In this document: in pieces, positions 36,301 through 48,600 of the stretch
Numbering within the stretch: the stretch's first letter is position 1
Layout: each line of letters starts with the position of its first letter
From: Eledone cirrhosa
Taxonomy: Eukaryota
DNA length: 64,000 nt
Direction: 5' to 3'
NCBI GenBank assembly: GCA_964016885.1
Contig: OZ024747.1
Span: forward strand, 29,016,001-29,080,000
Made by a program: the position numbers and the translations under genes
The notes under the pieces: generated by a model
Databases searched by the model: none
The model's input: the letters and a program-made list of their open reading frames with translations, nothing else
Told to the model about the DNA's origin: nothing

Positions 36301-37395
36301 TAAATGTAAAATTGAAAATCAGCTGAATTCTTTCAATGTGCAATTGAAACTTGTTCTAACTTGTTTTTGTTTACAGTCAAAGTGTGTGAATCATGTTATA
36401 CAAGGAAAACTCCTCTATGGCGAGATGCTGAAGATGGAACACCATTATGTAATGCTTGTGGCATCAGGTACGTCTCTCTGTATGTCTACATTGCGGTACT
36501 GAATTGGTAAAATTGTTAGAGTATTGGATTAAATGCTTTGATATTTCTTCTGGATCATTGTTGCACTCGGAGTTCAAATCCTGTCAAGGTCAACTTTGTC
36601 TTTTTTCTTTTTATGGTCAATAAATAAAATACCAGTTTATCAGTGGGATTGATTCTTTTTCTGTCTCACTTATAACTTTCTTTCTTACTCTTTCATTCTC
36701 TGGAAGAAGTTGTCTGTGCCAGATTTAAAATACCCAAGACACCTTGTGTCAGGATGGTGTCTTTATAACTCCATCAGGATTTAAGGGCCTCCCCTTTCTA
36801 TGTCTACATAAGAAATATAAAGACAATTGTTGTAGATCTTTCACTGCAGATAACATGGTTAACATGGCTATGTCTGTCTGGCTTACTGTCTATCAATCAA
36901 TCTAGTTGTTTGTTTTGTTGGCTGGCTGATTGTTATATGTGTGTGTATGTCTGTTTAACTTTACTGTTTGTTTATGTCCCATAAGTTAGCAGTTTGACAA
37001 AAGAACGCTTGATAAAATAAGTACCAGAAAAAGCAAGTACTTTGGTTGATATGGTTGACAAAACCTGTTCAAAGCTGTTTCAGTAAAATAAGTACTAGGT
37101 AGATATGATCAACTAAATTCTTTTAAGGCAGTACCTCAGCATGGTCACAGTTTAAAATCTGAAAGAAGTAAAAGTGTAAAAAAGAGTTTAAGAAATCTTT
37201 CAATAATGTATTTTTAGTCAAGTTTGATATGTTTGTAAAGTTTGTCATTTTTTTTCCATTTTCATTTCCAGATACAAAAAATACAGAATCCGTTGTAGTA
37301 AATGTTGGCATATTCCTAAGAAAGATGATAAAACTTATCCCAGGTGTGTTCGCTGTAATTCCATGTTGCGATTTGCAATGAGCCGAAGAAACTAA
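31237..37395 (+). CDS. ZGLP1: GATA-type zinc finger protein 1 (GLP-1) orthologue, ~260 aa: join(31237..31661,35247..35389,36377..36467,37272..37395); start codon uncertain
   Basis: In-phase splicing gives ...RRKSSVPYKSPLRFDPSFRGILFTLQ...KVCESCYTRKTPLWRDAEDGTPLCNACGIRYKKYRIRCSKCWHIPKK...CVRC...*. TPLWRDAEDGTPLCNACGIRYKKY, the second CxxCW..P.K...CxxC module and the DPxFxG motif are diagnostic for ZGLP1. Confidence 0.9.
32839..33242. mobile_element. Non-autonomous mariner-type element
   Basis: TA-CGAGGGTCAGGTGAAAAGTT ... AACATTTCAGCTCACCCTTG-TA imperfect TIRs with TA flanks. Confidence 0.7.
33410..34560. repeat. 32-bp minisatellite in a ZGLP1 intron (homogeneous to ~33960, then degenerate)
   Basis: Unit ccatctctctactgtaccactctaccataYtg; it has no plus-strand stops, which explains three overlapping spurious ORFs. 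Confidence 0.95.
35247..35389 (+). CDS. ZGLP1: ZGLP1 coding exon 2
   Basis: ttttag acceptor, gtaagt donor; NFKKKKLLHRREK...DNHH; phases 2 and 1 fit both neighbours. Confidence 0.78.
36377..36467 (+). CDS. ZGLP1: ZGLP1 GATA finger exon
   Basis: ttgtttacag acceptor, gtacgt donor; KVCESCYTRKTPLWRDAEDGTPLCNACGI(R). Confidence 0.95.
37272..37395 (+). CDS. ZGLP1: ZGLP1 terminal exon
   Basis: tttcatttccag acceptor; YKKYRIRCSKCWHIPKKDDKTYPRCVRCNSMLRFAMSRRN*; AATAAA at ~37456. Confidence 0.93.
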
Positions 37396-40324
37396 ACCTT
37401 TTGTTTGTTGAACATATTTTAATATAACAGCTGCTTTAATCTGCCAAATAGAGGCAATAAAGCATTTCAAGAAGAAATTGTACACAACTTTATCTAGCGA
37501 GTATGAGACTAGAATTTCCATTTCAACTTATTTTGAAAATATGTGGCAGAAAATAATGATTTACATAATTGCCAAAACATAAATTATTTTACCTGTTTCA
37601 GGAACAAGTGTATTTCCATCCAGTGTTCAAGTGTTACATTTTATAGCTGTTATATATATGTATATATATATAGTGATAGTCTGGCATGGGACCAGGAAGA
37701 CCACAAATCAGGTCACTAGTCCTGAAACTGCCCAGCCTGTGGTAGATCTTCTACTTTTACTAATATATATATACACAAAAAGCTTTTGAAATGAAGCACC
37801 ATATATTTAGACTCCACTTGTATTGGTGATAGTAGAATGTCAGACAGTATTAAGTCTCAGCCTCTCAGTTTTGGGTTTAAAAACTGCCAGGTCAGCATTG
37901 TTTTTCATCGATTCAGGTGTTTGATGAAACAAATGATTAGCAGTAAAATATTATGTGGGTGAGGGAGTCAATTCTTCTGTTTAATATCTCCTACTCAACC
38001 TAATTTCTTCTTTTTTTTTTTGCCAAAAAAAAGAAATCAATGTGTTATGACATACTGTACAAGTGTACATAGAACATTCAAACATTAAACTAAATGAGAA
38101 CACAACACACACAAGCAGGATATGATTTATTTTCAAAAGAAAAGGGTGGCAATAGCTTTGAAGACCAAGGAGGTATTAATGCAAAGATTTGGAAGTCACT
38201 GCCATCTTTTTCTTTGTAAAATCAGTGTGTTGTTACAGAAAAAGTAATAGTGAACAGCTGGAAACTGCTGAGAATTGGATTAAATGTCTGAAAGTATTTA
38301 GTTTTAGCTTTCTTTCTTATACTCAATTCAAATCCTGCCAATATTGACTAGCCCTAACCTTTCCTCTATCTAATGTCAGTTGGAATTGTAAACTACGATT
38401 TAGTCAACTCCATTCTTCTGTTACAAACACGAGTTAAAAGCCAGTAGTAAGTGTGTTAAGTTTATACTGTCTCTCACACAGTTAAGTCTGTTGATTTTGA
38501 TTATAAGAGTAGGAAAGAATATTAATTTTGTCTTTGTTATAGTTTAACAATTTTTTATTTTCAGGACTTCATTTTATCATGAATAAAAAGTGTGTGTGTG
38601 TGTATATACATATATGATTTATATAGATTATTTTTATTTCTGAAGCTCTTAACTTCAACAAGGAGTTACTGAAGTGTTTGAGTTTTATGTTCCTGCTTTG
38701 TAAATTCACACTTCTATCTACACACACACATACTGCATGTGTGTTTTTTTAGGCAAAGGTATATTAAGAATCTTAGCAGGTGTAGCAGTTAAAATAGTGG
38801 TGACTTATTTTGGATTAAATTTAATTACATTTCTGTGCAATCTACCCACTTAACCCTCTAATTAGTATCCTAACAGTTGGAATTTGTGTATTTTTTTGTA
38901 TTTCAACTGGAACTGTAAAATATTTGAAATATTGTTTCTTCAGGGAGTCATTGAGGGTCACCTTTTGGACGTTTCTAGTAATCAATAGATTTTGTCTATT
39001 TATTCATTTTTTTTCCTTCATGCAGGACATGATTTGTTTATTTTCCCCAACCCACCCATCATCCTTCAAGGAAGTAGAATTTTATTTTATTTAAAATAGG
39101 AAAAATTTCATTTCAAAAAAGAAAAAATCCAATCTGATTTCGATATTGAAATTCCTCACAGGTGTCTCAGTAACAACAATAAAAAACAAAAACAATATAA
39201 AAAAAACAACAAAAAATAACTAAATGACTAAACACAAGTATAAACTTATTTCTTTCGAATTTATTAAAGTTTTGGGAACGAAAAGATTTAAATTATAAAT
39301 CATCACATTTTATTTACAATTAGTAATTTTTTTTCCAAATGTATATAAAAAAAGAAGAAATATGAAAACAAACTTTAAATTTGGGAAAATAAGCCCGAAA
39401 CCCTAGGAGGGGTAAAATATACTTAAATTGTTCCCTTTCTTAATTTGTTAGAAATCAGTAAATATTTTCATGTATTTAATAAAATAAATACCAACTGTTT
39501 CTGTTTTTTTCATTTTTATCTTCATGGAGAACCCTCTTCCTCCTCATCATAATCATCTTCATCAGTATCATCATTACCCTGTTCAACATCATCACCACCA
39601 TTACTACTGTTTACCATCATCATCTCATTACCACTCTGTTCAATGTCCCCATTGTGTTCACCATCAAATCCATAATTTTCATCATCACCATCATCACCAC
39701 TACTATGTTCAACATTACCATTATCCTCATCATCTAATGTTCTTTTGTTCATATTCTTTTTTATGTCTTTGGTGTGCTGAACTTCAGGTGGTCCCAGCTA
39801 ACACAACTGGAAAAGAGATGTGCTGAAAGAGTCATTCCAATTGACTGTTGTTAATAAATTCCAAAGTTATTTTTATTCTTTATCATCTAGTCAGGAAGTA
39901 GGGCAACATCTCTAACTGTTTTCAGAGCCTCCAAGACTGGGAGTGGATTCTACTAAAGGCACCTGAGGGCCAGGTGCTGGTTTTAAACTGAGCAGTGGTT
40001 CAAGTCTCTCATCCAAGTTGGCTATTGTGGAATTTGAGTGCAGAAGAAACACTGCAAAGCTAAGATACCACTGATATTTTAATGATCTCACCAATCTACT
40101 GCTCTAGACATGGAAGGTGAAAGTCAAAATTGAACTCTGCAGAGTTTGAACTCAGAATGCAATGTCCAGAATAGATACCACAAGGCATTTTGTCTGACAC
40201 TCTCCCGATTATGCCAATTCAGTTCGTTATCACCATCATGATCACAACAAACCACTAACATCATTCACCATCATAATCACCCCCCTCTCCAACCACCACT
40301 ATCATCTCTATCACAACCACCCCT

Positions 40325-40500
40325 CGCTGCCATCATCATCGCCGGAAGAGAGAAAGAGAAAGTGAGAGCTCAAGAGTACTCTCCTCTTAAAGCCAGCGAA
40401 GAAGAATTTATGGAGTAAAAAGAAAAGAATAAAACAAAAAAAAACTGCTGTTGTCTGTGCAGAATTATGTCCCTTGTACAATGTGTTATCAACAAGAGAA
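40325..40500 (+). promoter_or_regulatory. Candidate ELOA promoter / 5' UTR
   Basis: ETS-like GCCGGAAG at 40341-40348 with local CpGs, ~160 bp upstream of the ATG. Confidence 0.4.
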
Positions 40501-40575
40501 ATGGCAGATATAAGTGCCCAGCAGAAATTGATGAAATGTCGAGCTTATTTAGAAGGAAATCCCACTGACCAAAAG
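40501..40575 (+). CDS. ELOA: ELOA exon 1
   Basis: [25 protein letters not shown]; donor AAG/gttaat. Confidence 0.8.
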
Positions 40576-41478
40576 GTTAATATTCACTTTTGATATTTAA
40601 TAACAAACCTCAGTATATCTATATTGATGGTATTATGTTTTTAAAGCAGACATTTATTTAGATTAAACAAAAACAAGGTCAGAAAAAATTATCGCCGTAT
40701 GCAAAATTGTGAAATATTTAATTTTTATTATTATTAAGGATATTTTTGATATTATTACTACTACTACTACTACTATTATTATTGCTTTAAAATAGATACT
40801 ATCGTGTTATTTGGTATTTGATACGTTTATCTATTCGATCTTCTGGTTATTTCGGTGTTTTTCATCCACGTTAGATATTTCCTAGAACGCTGTGTCAGTA
40901 ATTAATAATTAACATTGCTTCACCTGCTTTTTTATAACTTGATTACTACATATAGACACACACACACACATATATATATGACCTATGATTCAAGTAAAGC
41001 GCCTTCGGTTTATATATATATATATATTGGTATTGAAGTTTCCGTTGAAAATTGAAAAAGTCATAGGAGTGAAGAGTGCTCTATGTAAGTTACAGAGCTA
41101 AATTTTTCACTATACACATGCATTTGTACATACACACATATGTACATTTGTAGGTGCATATACACACATTTATACACATACCCTTACTATATTTCCTTAT
41201 TTTATTTTTATATATCTCTTGCATTACTTTTATTAATATATTTTTTTTGCCCGTTAAACTTTTGCCTTTCTTGAGATTTTTCAAATATTTCACTGTTTTA
41301 AATTGCCTTGTCTGACGAACAAATGAGGATGTTTCTTGTATTCGTCTTATTCGGGAAACCTCCGGTAATGAGGTAATTATATTGTATTGTTTATTATACA
41401 TTATATATATATATCCGTGCAATATCTGTTTATCTGATTGGTATGTGTGGGTAGTTATAGCTATCGATTTCTTCTTTC

Positions 41479-41521
<43 letters not shown>

Positions 41522-44500
41522 AATTTGTCCGATTGTGCAGTTATATATTCTATCTATCTGATTCTTTCTCTTTCCTATCTAACGCATGTGTTTGTAATAT
41601 GGAATTTAGGTAATCGGCTGTAATACGGAACCGAAAATAAATGAAGCTCTCTCAAACCTAACCTGGTTACTATTCCCTGTTATAGTTTCAAGCAGTTCAC
41701 AAAAACGTCACCAAAAACCTCCCTTACATAATACAATGAACTACCCTCTCCCTGCCGGGAAATGTCAGTGCCGGTCTAAATGCTTTCTAGGTAGTTTTAG
41801 ATTTTGTATAGTATAGTTCTCTGTTATGAGTTCAAATCGTGCTAGGATTGGCGAAATAAGTACGTGATTTGTCCTAATGGAATGCCAATCTACTGTACCA
41901 CATTTTTACGCATTCAGAACCTTTTGAAAATGCAATATTTTAATAAATTATTTGTCAGTGCTATTCTTTTTTTCCTTCTTTTTACTGGTTTTAGCCATTA
42001 GCTTGCAGACATAGTAGTACACCTCCATGAAAGATTTTAATCGTTCATTTAGACCCCAGTATTTTTGTTTTCAAGTTTGGTTCATATTTTATTGATCTTT
42101 TTTTTTTTTTTTTTTTTGTCGAATCGCAAAGTTATGGGACAGAAGAAGTAAATAAAATACAGACATCGACACGTACACACATAGGAAGGAGCAAATACAG
42201 AGGCATAAAAATGATGGATTATGTTATGTAAATAACGAGAATTTTAGATTAATATTTGATTAGGAATAAAATTGGTTGAGATGAACTGTAGTTACGATTT
42301 GAGTACAAGCCCTATTCTTCGTGAGGCAGCTGCAAAAAGAATTCTCTAGACAAGAATAAACCCAGCATTCTTTAATTTGGAGAAGACCTTTGATAGAATA
42401 CCATGATCCGTAATCCTGTTGGCCTTAGGGAAACTAAGCATAGATGGATGGTTTGTAAGAGCAGTGCAAGCCATGTACAGAGATTGTGTCAGTAAAGAAT
42501 TGGCAATGAGTTTTTATAGAAATTTCAGTTGTCAAAGCAAAAGGGCTCAGAGTAAACTTTTCAAAGTTCTAGTTAGTAAAACAACCAGGCTTTGATTCCG
42601 TCAGAGAAATGGTTATGCTCAATATAAAGAAAAGGGATAGGTAGGAATTCTATATGATGTATTCAATGTAAATTATTGGTACACAAGAGGTTTAGTGGAA
42701 CTATAAGCAGGCTAACTGAGAAGGTAGGTTTTGTATGTGGCAGATGCACTGGGATAGTTGGTAGTAAGGGCACCAGTGAAATATATTCTACAATCCAGAG
42801 AAAGGTCCATAGAAGTAGTTGATTGTTTCTGTTATGTAGGTGATCTCATTAGCAGTGGAGGAGGTGCTCTAGAAACAGGGTAGAAAAAGTTCAGGAGGCT
42901 ACTGCCTCTGTTGGCAACGAAGGGATTCTCTCTCCTCCCAAAGGGTAGATTGTATGATGCCTGCATGAAAACTGATGTTACATGGTAGTGAATGAAGATG
43001 TTTGTGTGTAATCCTGTCAGCCTTACCCGAACATTGTGGTTCTTTCTGTTCAAAGATGCACATATTTACTGCTGGGTTGAAAATCCATTTGGGACAAATG
43101 CACCAGCACTAGTGAGGGTGTATATCTTGCATGACTAAAGAGTACTCAATACCCTGCATTGTCTCTGTTCATTCAAGGCAACATGACTAAGAGAGTGAAT
43201 GGAGTGAGGAAAAGAATTAGGATGAGGGGTTTCAAAGGAGTGAGAGTATGATTAGAGATACAGAGTGATAAAGGTGAAAGAGTGGCAGAGGGATGTAATA
43301 GAAGAGAGAGTAATATATACATATATTTTCTTCATCATCATCATTTAATGTCTGTTCTCCCTGCTATTGAAGATTAGATGGGTTGTCACATACCAAATCA
43401 GTATTTAATCAGAGCTATTGACCTCTCTGATGGGCCAGGGTATGTGTGTGCATCTCACTGATATTTCCCATTTTCACATTTTCCAGACTGTACTGGGTGT
43501 GTTTTATCTTGGCATCAGTACTAGAGTGGTTGTCATGTCTTTGACATAACTGAAGAATTGTTTCAATGCTTTGTTTGGCAAATTTTCTATAGCTGATTGT
43601 TCTTCCTATCATCAATCACTTTAAGTTTATTGTGTGCATTTTATGGCACTAACACCAGGGATGCTGTTCTTGTCTTGACAGATGGGTGGATAAATAAATG
43701 TTTTTTTTAAAGTGTATATTTTTATAGCATAAATAAAAAAAAGACTGACTCTGTGGTTTCTCTCATTATAGTTGCTGTACATTTTTAACAAACTTTTACG
43801 GTTCCCAGTCACCATTGATATTTTACAGGTAAGAATATTATGTTGATTGATATTTTGGAGGTATGATCTAATATATATATATAGAAAGAGAGATTTTAGC
43901 TTGTACAGAATATATAAACAGATGTAAACACCTTGTTTTTATATGAAATATCTCCCTGAACAGAAATAATGGGATCAACCTGATTGGTTTCAGTCCTTGT
44001 GCTGGGATTTCATAAGTGACTGAGTACTCTGAAACTGTCCACTGACACACTGCTTATAAACTCTCTCTAGCGGCTTAACTCTTAATATCTTGTAATGATT
44101 TAATAGAAAATATATACAAATGTGCTGGTGATGTATTTGGTTTGCAAGGTTTTTGATATGAAATTGTGTTGAAACAAATATTGTTATATTTGGGGAGGGT
44201 CATGCTGTTAGAATATTGCCAGAAAAGTATAGTAAAATACACTCACTGTTCGGTTTGGTTTTCGCTTCAGTATATTTTTATATTTCTATACATAATTCAG
44301 CTGGCAATCAATGTTTATCATTGATTGACCAACAGTTAAAAAAATATAAATATAGATATAAGATTTTTTTGAACTATGGCGATTCCTCAGTAAACAAAAA
44401 GTTTAAGAAACAAAAACATGAGAAAGATGAGAGGAGAAAATTGTCAAAAGTGTTTGTTAGTTCAAATGTTTGGAGTATCTTTATTAGTGGACAGAATGTT

Positions 44501-45653
44501 GTGAAAATTTGCTGTGTTAGAGTAAAGACTTCAATATTTAATGTGATGTAGTCATAGTATAGTTTTGTACTTATCAAGGATATCTTGCTAATAGTGTGGT
44601 TTTATGCTGTACAGGATGTTAAGAATTAGGTAAACTGGATATTGGTTAGGCTTTCATACAAGAGTCTATATATTATGAACACTGTATATATATATCGAAC
44701 CTGTAATTGGCCATTATGGATATGTAGGTATAAATAAGCCAGGAATGATATGTTGTGGCTTTCATCTTGAAGACAATGGAACTAATGTAAGAAATATTAA
44801 TTCTTCCTTTTTTCTTTCTATTTATTAATTCACAAGTCTACTGGAATCGGAAAGGCTGTCAACTTATTCAGAAAGCGTGAAGGTGAGATTGGTGAGAAGG
44901 CTCGGGCAGTAGTGACTCAATGGAAAGCTCTCGTCTCAAAACAAGAAAGCAATCTGATAGAGAAACGGCCAGTAAGTAGAAGCTCATCTCCATACAATTC
45001 CACAACAACTGAACAGTCTGGAAGAACTTCATCTGATGATGAGAAACCAACTCCTTGTCGAACTAAACAGCAATCTTCTCCTCAACCTTCCCCCAAAATG
45101 AAGTCTTCCTCTAAAGAATGTGATAAATCTTCTGAAAATAGCAAAGAGAGAAAGAAGCACCAGAGTAATGAAAGTCGGCCAGAGTCTTCCCAATCATCGG
45201 AGAAGAAGAAATCTAAGTCGAGTGAAAGAAAAGACGAACATCATCGCAGTTCAAAAAGTAAAAGTGAGTCTGAGAGTAAAAGCAAAGGAAAGAAATCACT
45301 GAATCTCAAACAGAAAAAATCTTCGAAAAGTAACTTGAGCTTTGAGGACTTTTTGAACTATGACGATTCCTCAGTGAAGAAAAAGTTTAAGAAACGAAAA
45401 CATGAGAAAGATGAGGGGAGCAAATTGTCAAAAGAGACGAGAGAATCAGACTCTTCTAGATCTAGCAGTAAAAGTCATTCTTCAAAGTCTTCACCATCTT
45501 CTTCTTTAGACATCAGTAAAAAATGTAAAGATTCTAAAAGTAGCACATCTCGTGTTTTACATGTGCCTTCACCTTCCAAAGAAGTAAGTCTTACATTTTT
45601 TAATTTAAATTAAATGTAGTGTGTATAAATAAGTATAGTAGTGATGATGTGGA

Positions 45654-45684
<31 letters not shown>

Positions 45685-48600
45685 GCAATAATTTAGATAG
45701 ATATACAATGATTTTAACCTGTGTAATATATGAAAGCATATACGATATGTTTATGTATAATAAACATATAAGTATCACTATATGATCATGCCATAGTTAT
45801 GTCAGTGACCATGTGAGAATATCAAACACTAGTGCTTTTATCCATCATCAGTGATGTTTATTCACTCTGTACTGAAGCAACATTAGACAGGATCTCAGCT
45901 TAAAATACCCATAATGATACATATATGTGTTAATAACACATAAACATGTTATATATTCTTTCATATATACCTCTATCATGAATGATGCTATTATATATAG
46001 CGATAATGTTGTGTATATATAAATAGTTGTTGTTAAAGCTCTTACCTATGTAGGTTTAGTCAGTTTCCTTCATAGGAGGTTTCTTGGGTGTCTTAATTTT
46101 AAGGAGCTCAGTCTTAACATACAAGTACCATCATTATTATCCTTAAAAGTACCAGTAATGCACTGGGTAATTGCTGGCCTTGTGCCTAACGTAGAAACAA
46201 TTATCATCCTTAACATCCATTTATTTTGCTAGCAAGGGTTGGAAAGATGGTCATAGACCAAATCAATAACTCATCAGTGTTACTGACCTCTCGAGTATGT
46301 TGGTGGTCATATCTTGCTTACATACATTTTTGCACTCTACTAACTGTATTGGGTGCTTTTTATCATGGCACTAGCATGGATTTTTATCATGGAGTTGTCA
46401 TGTCTTTGACACAATTGATGTGCCCTCTCAACCCATTGGCAGGTTTTTTTCAGCAGGATGTCCCTCCCTCCTATCATCAAACATTTTAGAGAGTATACTG
46501 GGTGTGTTTTATCATTGCCCCAACACTAGAGGTTGTCATGTTATTGACACAACTCTCAGCTTGTTTTTTGGCATGGTAGTGATAATGTACTGCAGGAATA
46601 ATATTTTTTTTTCACAAAGCCATTTCTTGCCTCCATCTCTCCCTTTCTCTCATCTCCCTCCCTCTTGTATTCTTTCAGCTTCTTCCTTCTGAGTCTGAAA
46701 TCCTGAGTTCTCTACCAGAGACTCAGGCCCATTACCATCCCTGGAGATTGTGTGATACCAACAAAGCAGAACGGAAGCCTGTGGCAAACAGTAAGTAACT
46801 GATGGAATCCATGGATATCCTCTTCCTCCTAGATGGTGTTGGTATGGAATTCTTGGCAGCTCTTTCTATGTATGAATCATGACACAGCCATAGTTGGTTA
46901 AGAAGTTTGATTCATAGCAAGGTGGTTCCAGGTTGATACCATTTTGTAGTGTTTTTGTGGAAGACCAGCAGTTGTCAATCCATACCTGTCTCCCCTTTCC
47001 ATACCACCGATGTCATCCAAGGGAAAGGCAAAGGTAAAAAGATTGGCATCAGTGATGCTGCAGCTCATTTATACTGCTGAGTGAACTGGAGCAACATGAA
47101 ATAGTGTCTTGTTCATCATCATCATTGTTTTACATCTGCTCTTTCATGCTTACAAGGATTAGAGGGAGTTCTTTCCAGAACAGCATTTCTCCACATATTG
47201 CAGTTTTTTCCATCTCCTCTGTCTACTCAGTGATTTTAGATCACCCCTCATAATCTCTGCCCAGGTCTTCCTTTACTTCAGTTTCCTTCTACTGTAATTT
47301 CTTGGCTCTTCTTCACCCAATAATGATCATCCATATGCATCATGTGTTCATACCAACACTGTCTTTTCTCCTGCACACTACATCTGATTCTTCTTATACC
47401 TAGCTTTTTTTCAACTCACCTAAACTTTGTCATTCACACACATTAACATTGCACATTCATCAAAGTATGCTTACTTCATTTCTCTCCTGTCTTCACATAG
47501 CTTCTGTATTCACTGCCCATGTCTCGCTACCATGCAACATCATGTATTACATGCAGGCATCACATAGTTGACCTTTTGTTTGTAGAGAGGAACCTTTTGT
47601 TATCAACGGAGGTAGTAGCTCCCTGAACTTTTTCCATTCTGTTCTTATTCTAGCTATAGAACATCCTCCACTGTTAATTAGATCACCTATGTAACAGACG
47701 CTATCAATCATTTCTTACTACCAATTATCCTTGTATATCTGCCTTTTTCTATTAGTCTGCCTGCTATCCCCCTACACCTCTTGTGTACCCAAGATTTACA
47801 TTTCCTAAATATGTTGCTTCCACTACAGCTTACAGAGCTCATGCCTGACCTCTGCAGTCTTATTTATTCAGTGATTGCCCTTCAAGATGGGTTATCTTCT
47901 ATGTGGCCTATGGAGTCCATGACTGCTCCAGAAAATACACAAAAGTGCATATATATATATATATATACAATAATTGCATTTATGATTTATATACACATCA
48001 ACACCGAGACAGTCACAGTATAACTGTAGATGGTTAATTTTTTGAAGCAGCTAGTGTGTGTCATTTGGAGAAATTGATTGAGTAAGTTTATAGAATAATT
48101 ATGATATGCTAGGTAAGGGGTCGTTGATGGACAGGAAGTAGAGGACATCCTTTAAAAGGGGAGCAGAGAAAAGGTGGGTTGGCTGGGTTCAGAGATGTGA
48201 CAGAAAAACATGATATAAAAAACAGGATTAGTCTAAAATTATTAATATTAACTAAAGACATGATTTTAAGAATGTAGTTATAATAGAGAAGCAATGAAGA
48301 AGTCTTACTTCTCATCATGGAATTAATTTTTTGTGAGTCTACTAAGGTTGAGAGAGAGGCAGAGAGAGAGAGGGACGGAAAGGGAGAGAGTGGAAGAGAG
48401 TGATACTAAGATAAACATACTTTGGTTATGGTTAAGTATAAAAATAAATTTTTGGATATGTTTGTTGGGATTAATAGTTGGCAGAAAAACATGATTTAAA
48501 AATAGAGGATATTTGCCTATATATATAACAAATTAAGATGATAAAAATAATAATTATTAATATATTTGTCTAGTTATGTGTTTGAGAAAAAGCCTTCTAC

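Noticed and set aside
37123-37521. 132-aa minus-strand ORF
   Set aside because: It is antisense to the ZGLP1 terminal exon and has no recognisable motif.
39522-39826. His-rich and Asp-rich ORFs (similar ORFs at 15070, 22523, 58607, 60024)
   Set aside because: They are translations of (CAT)n or (CT)n low-complexity tracts.
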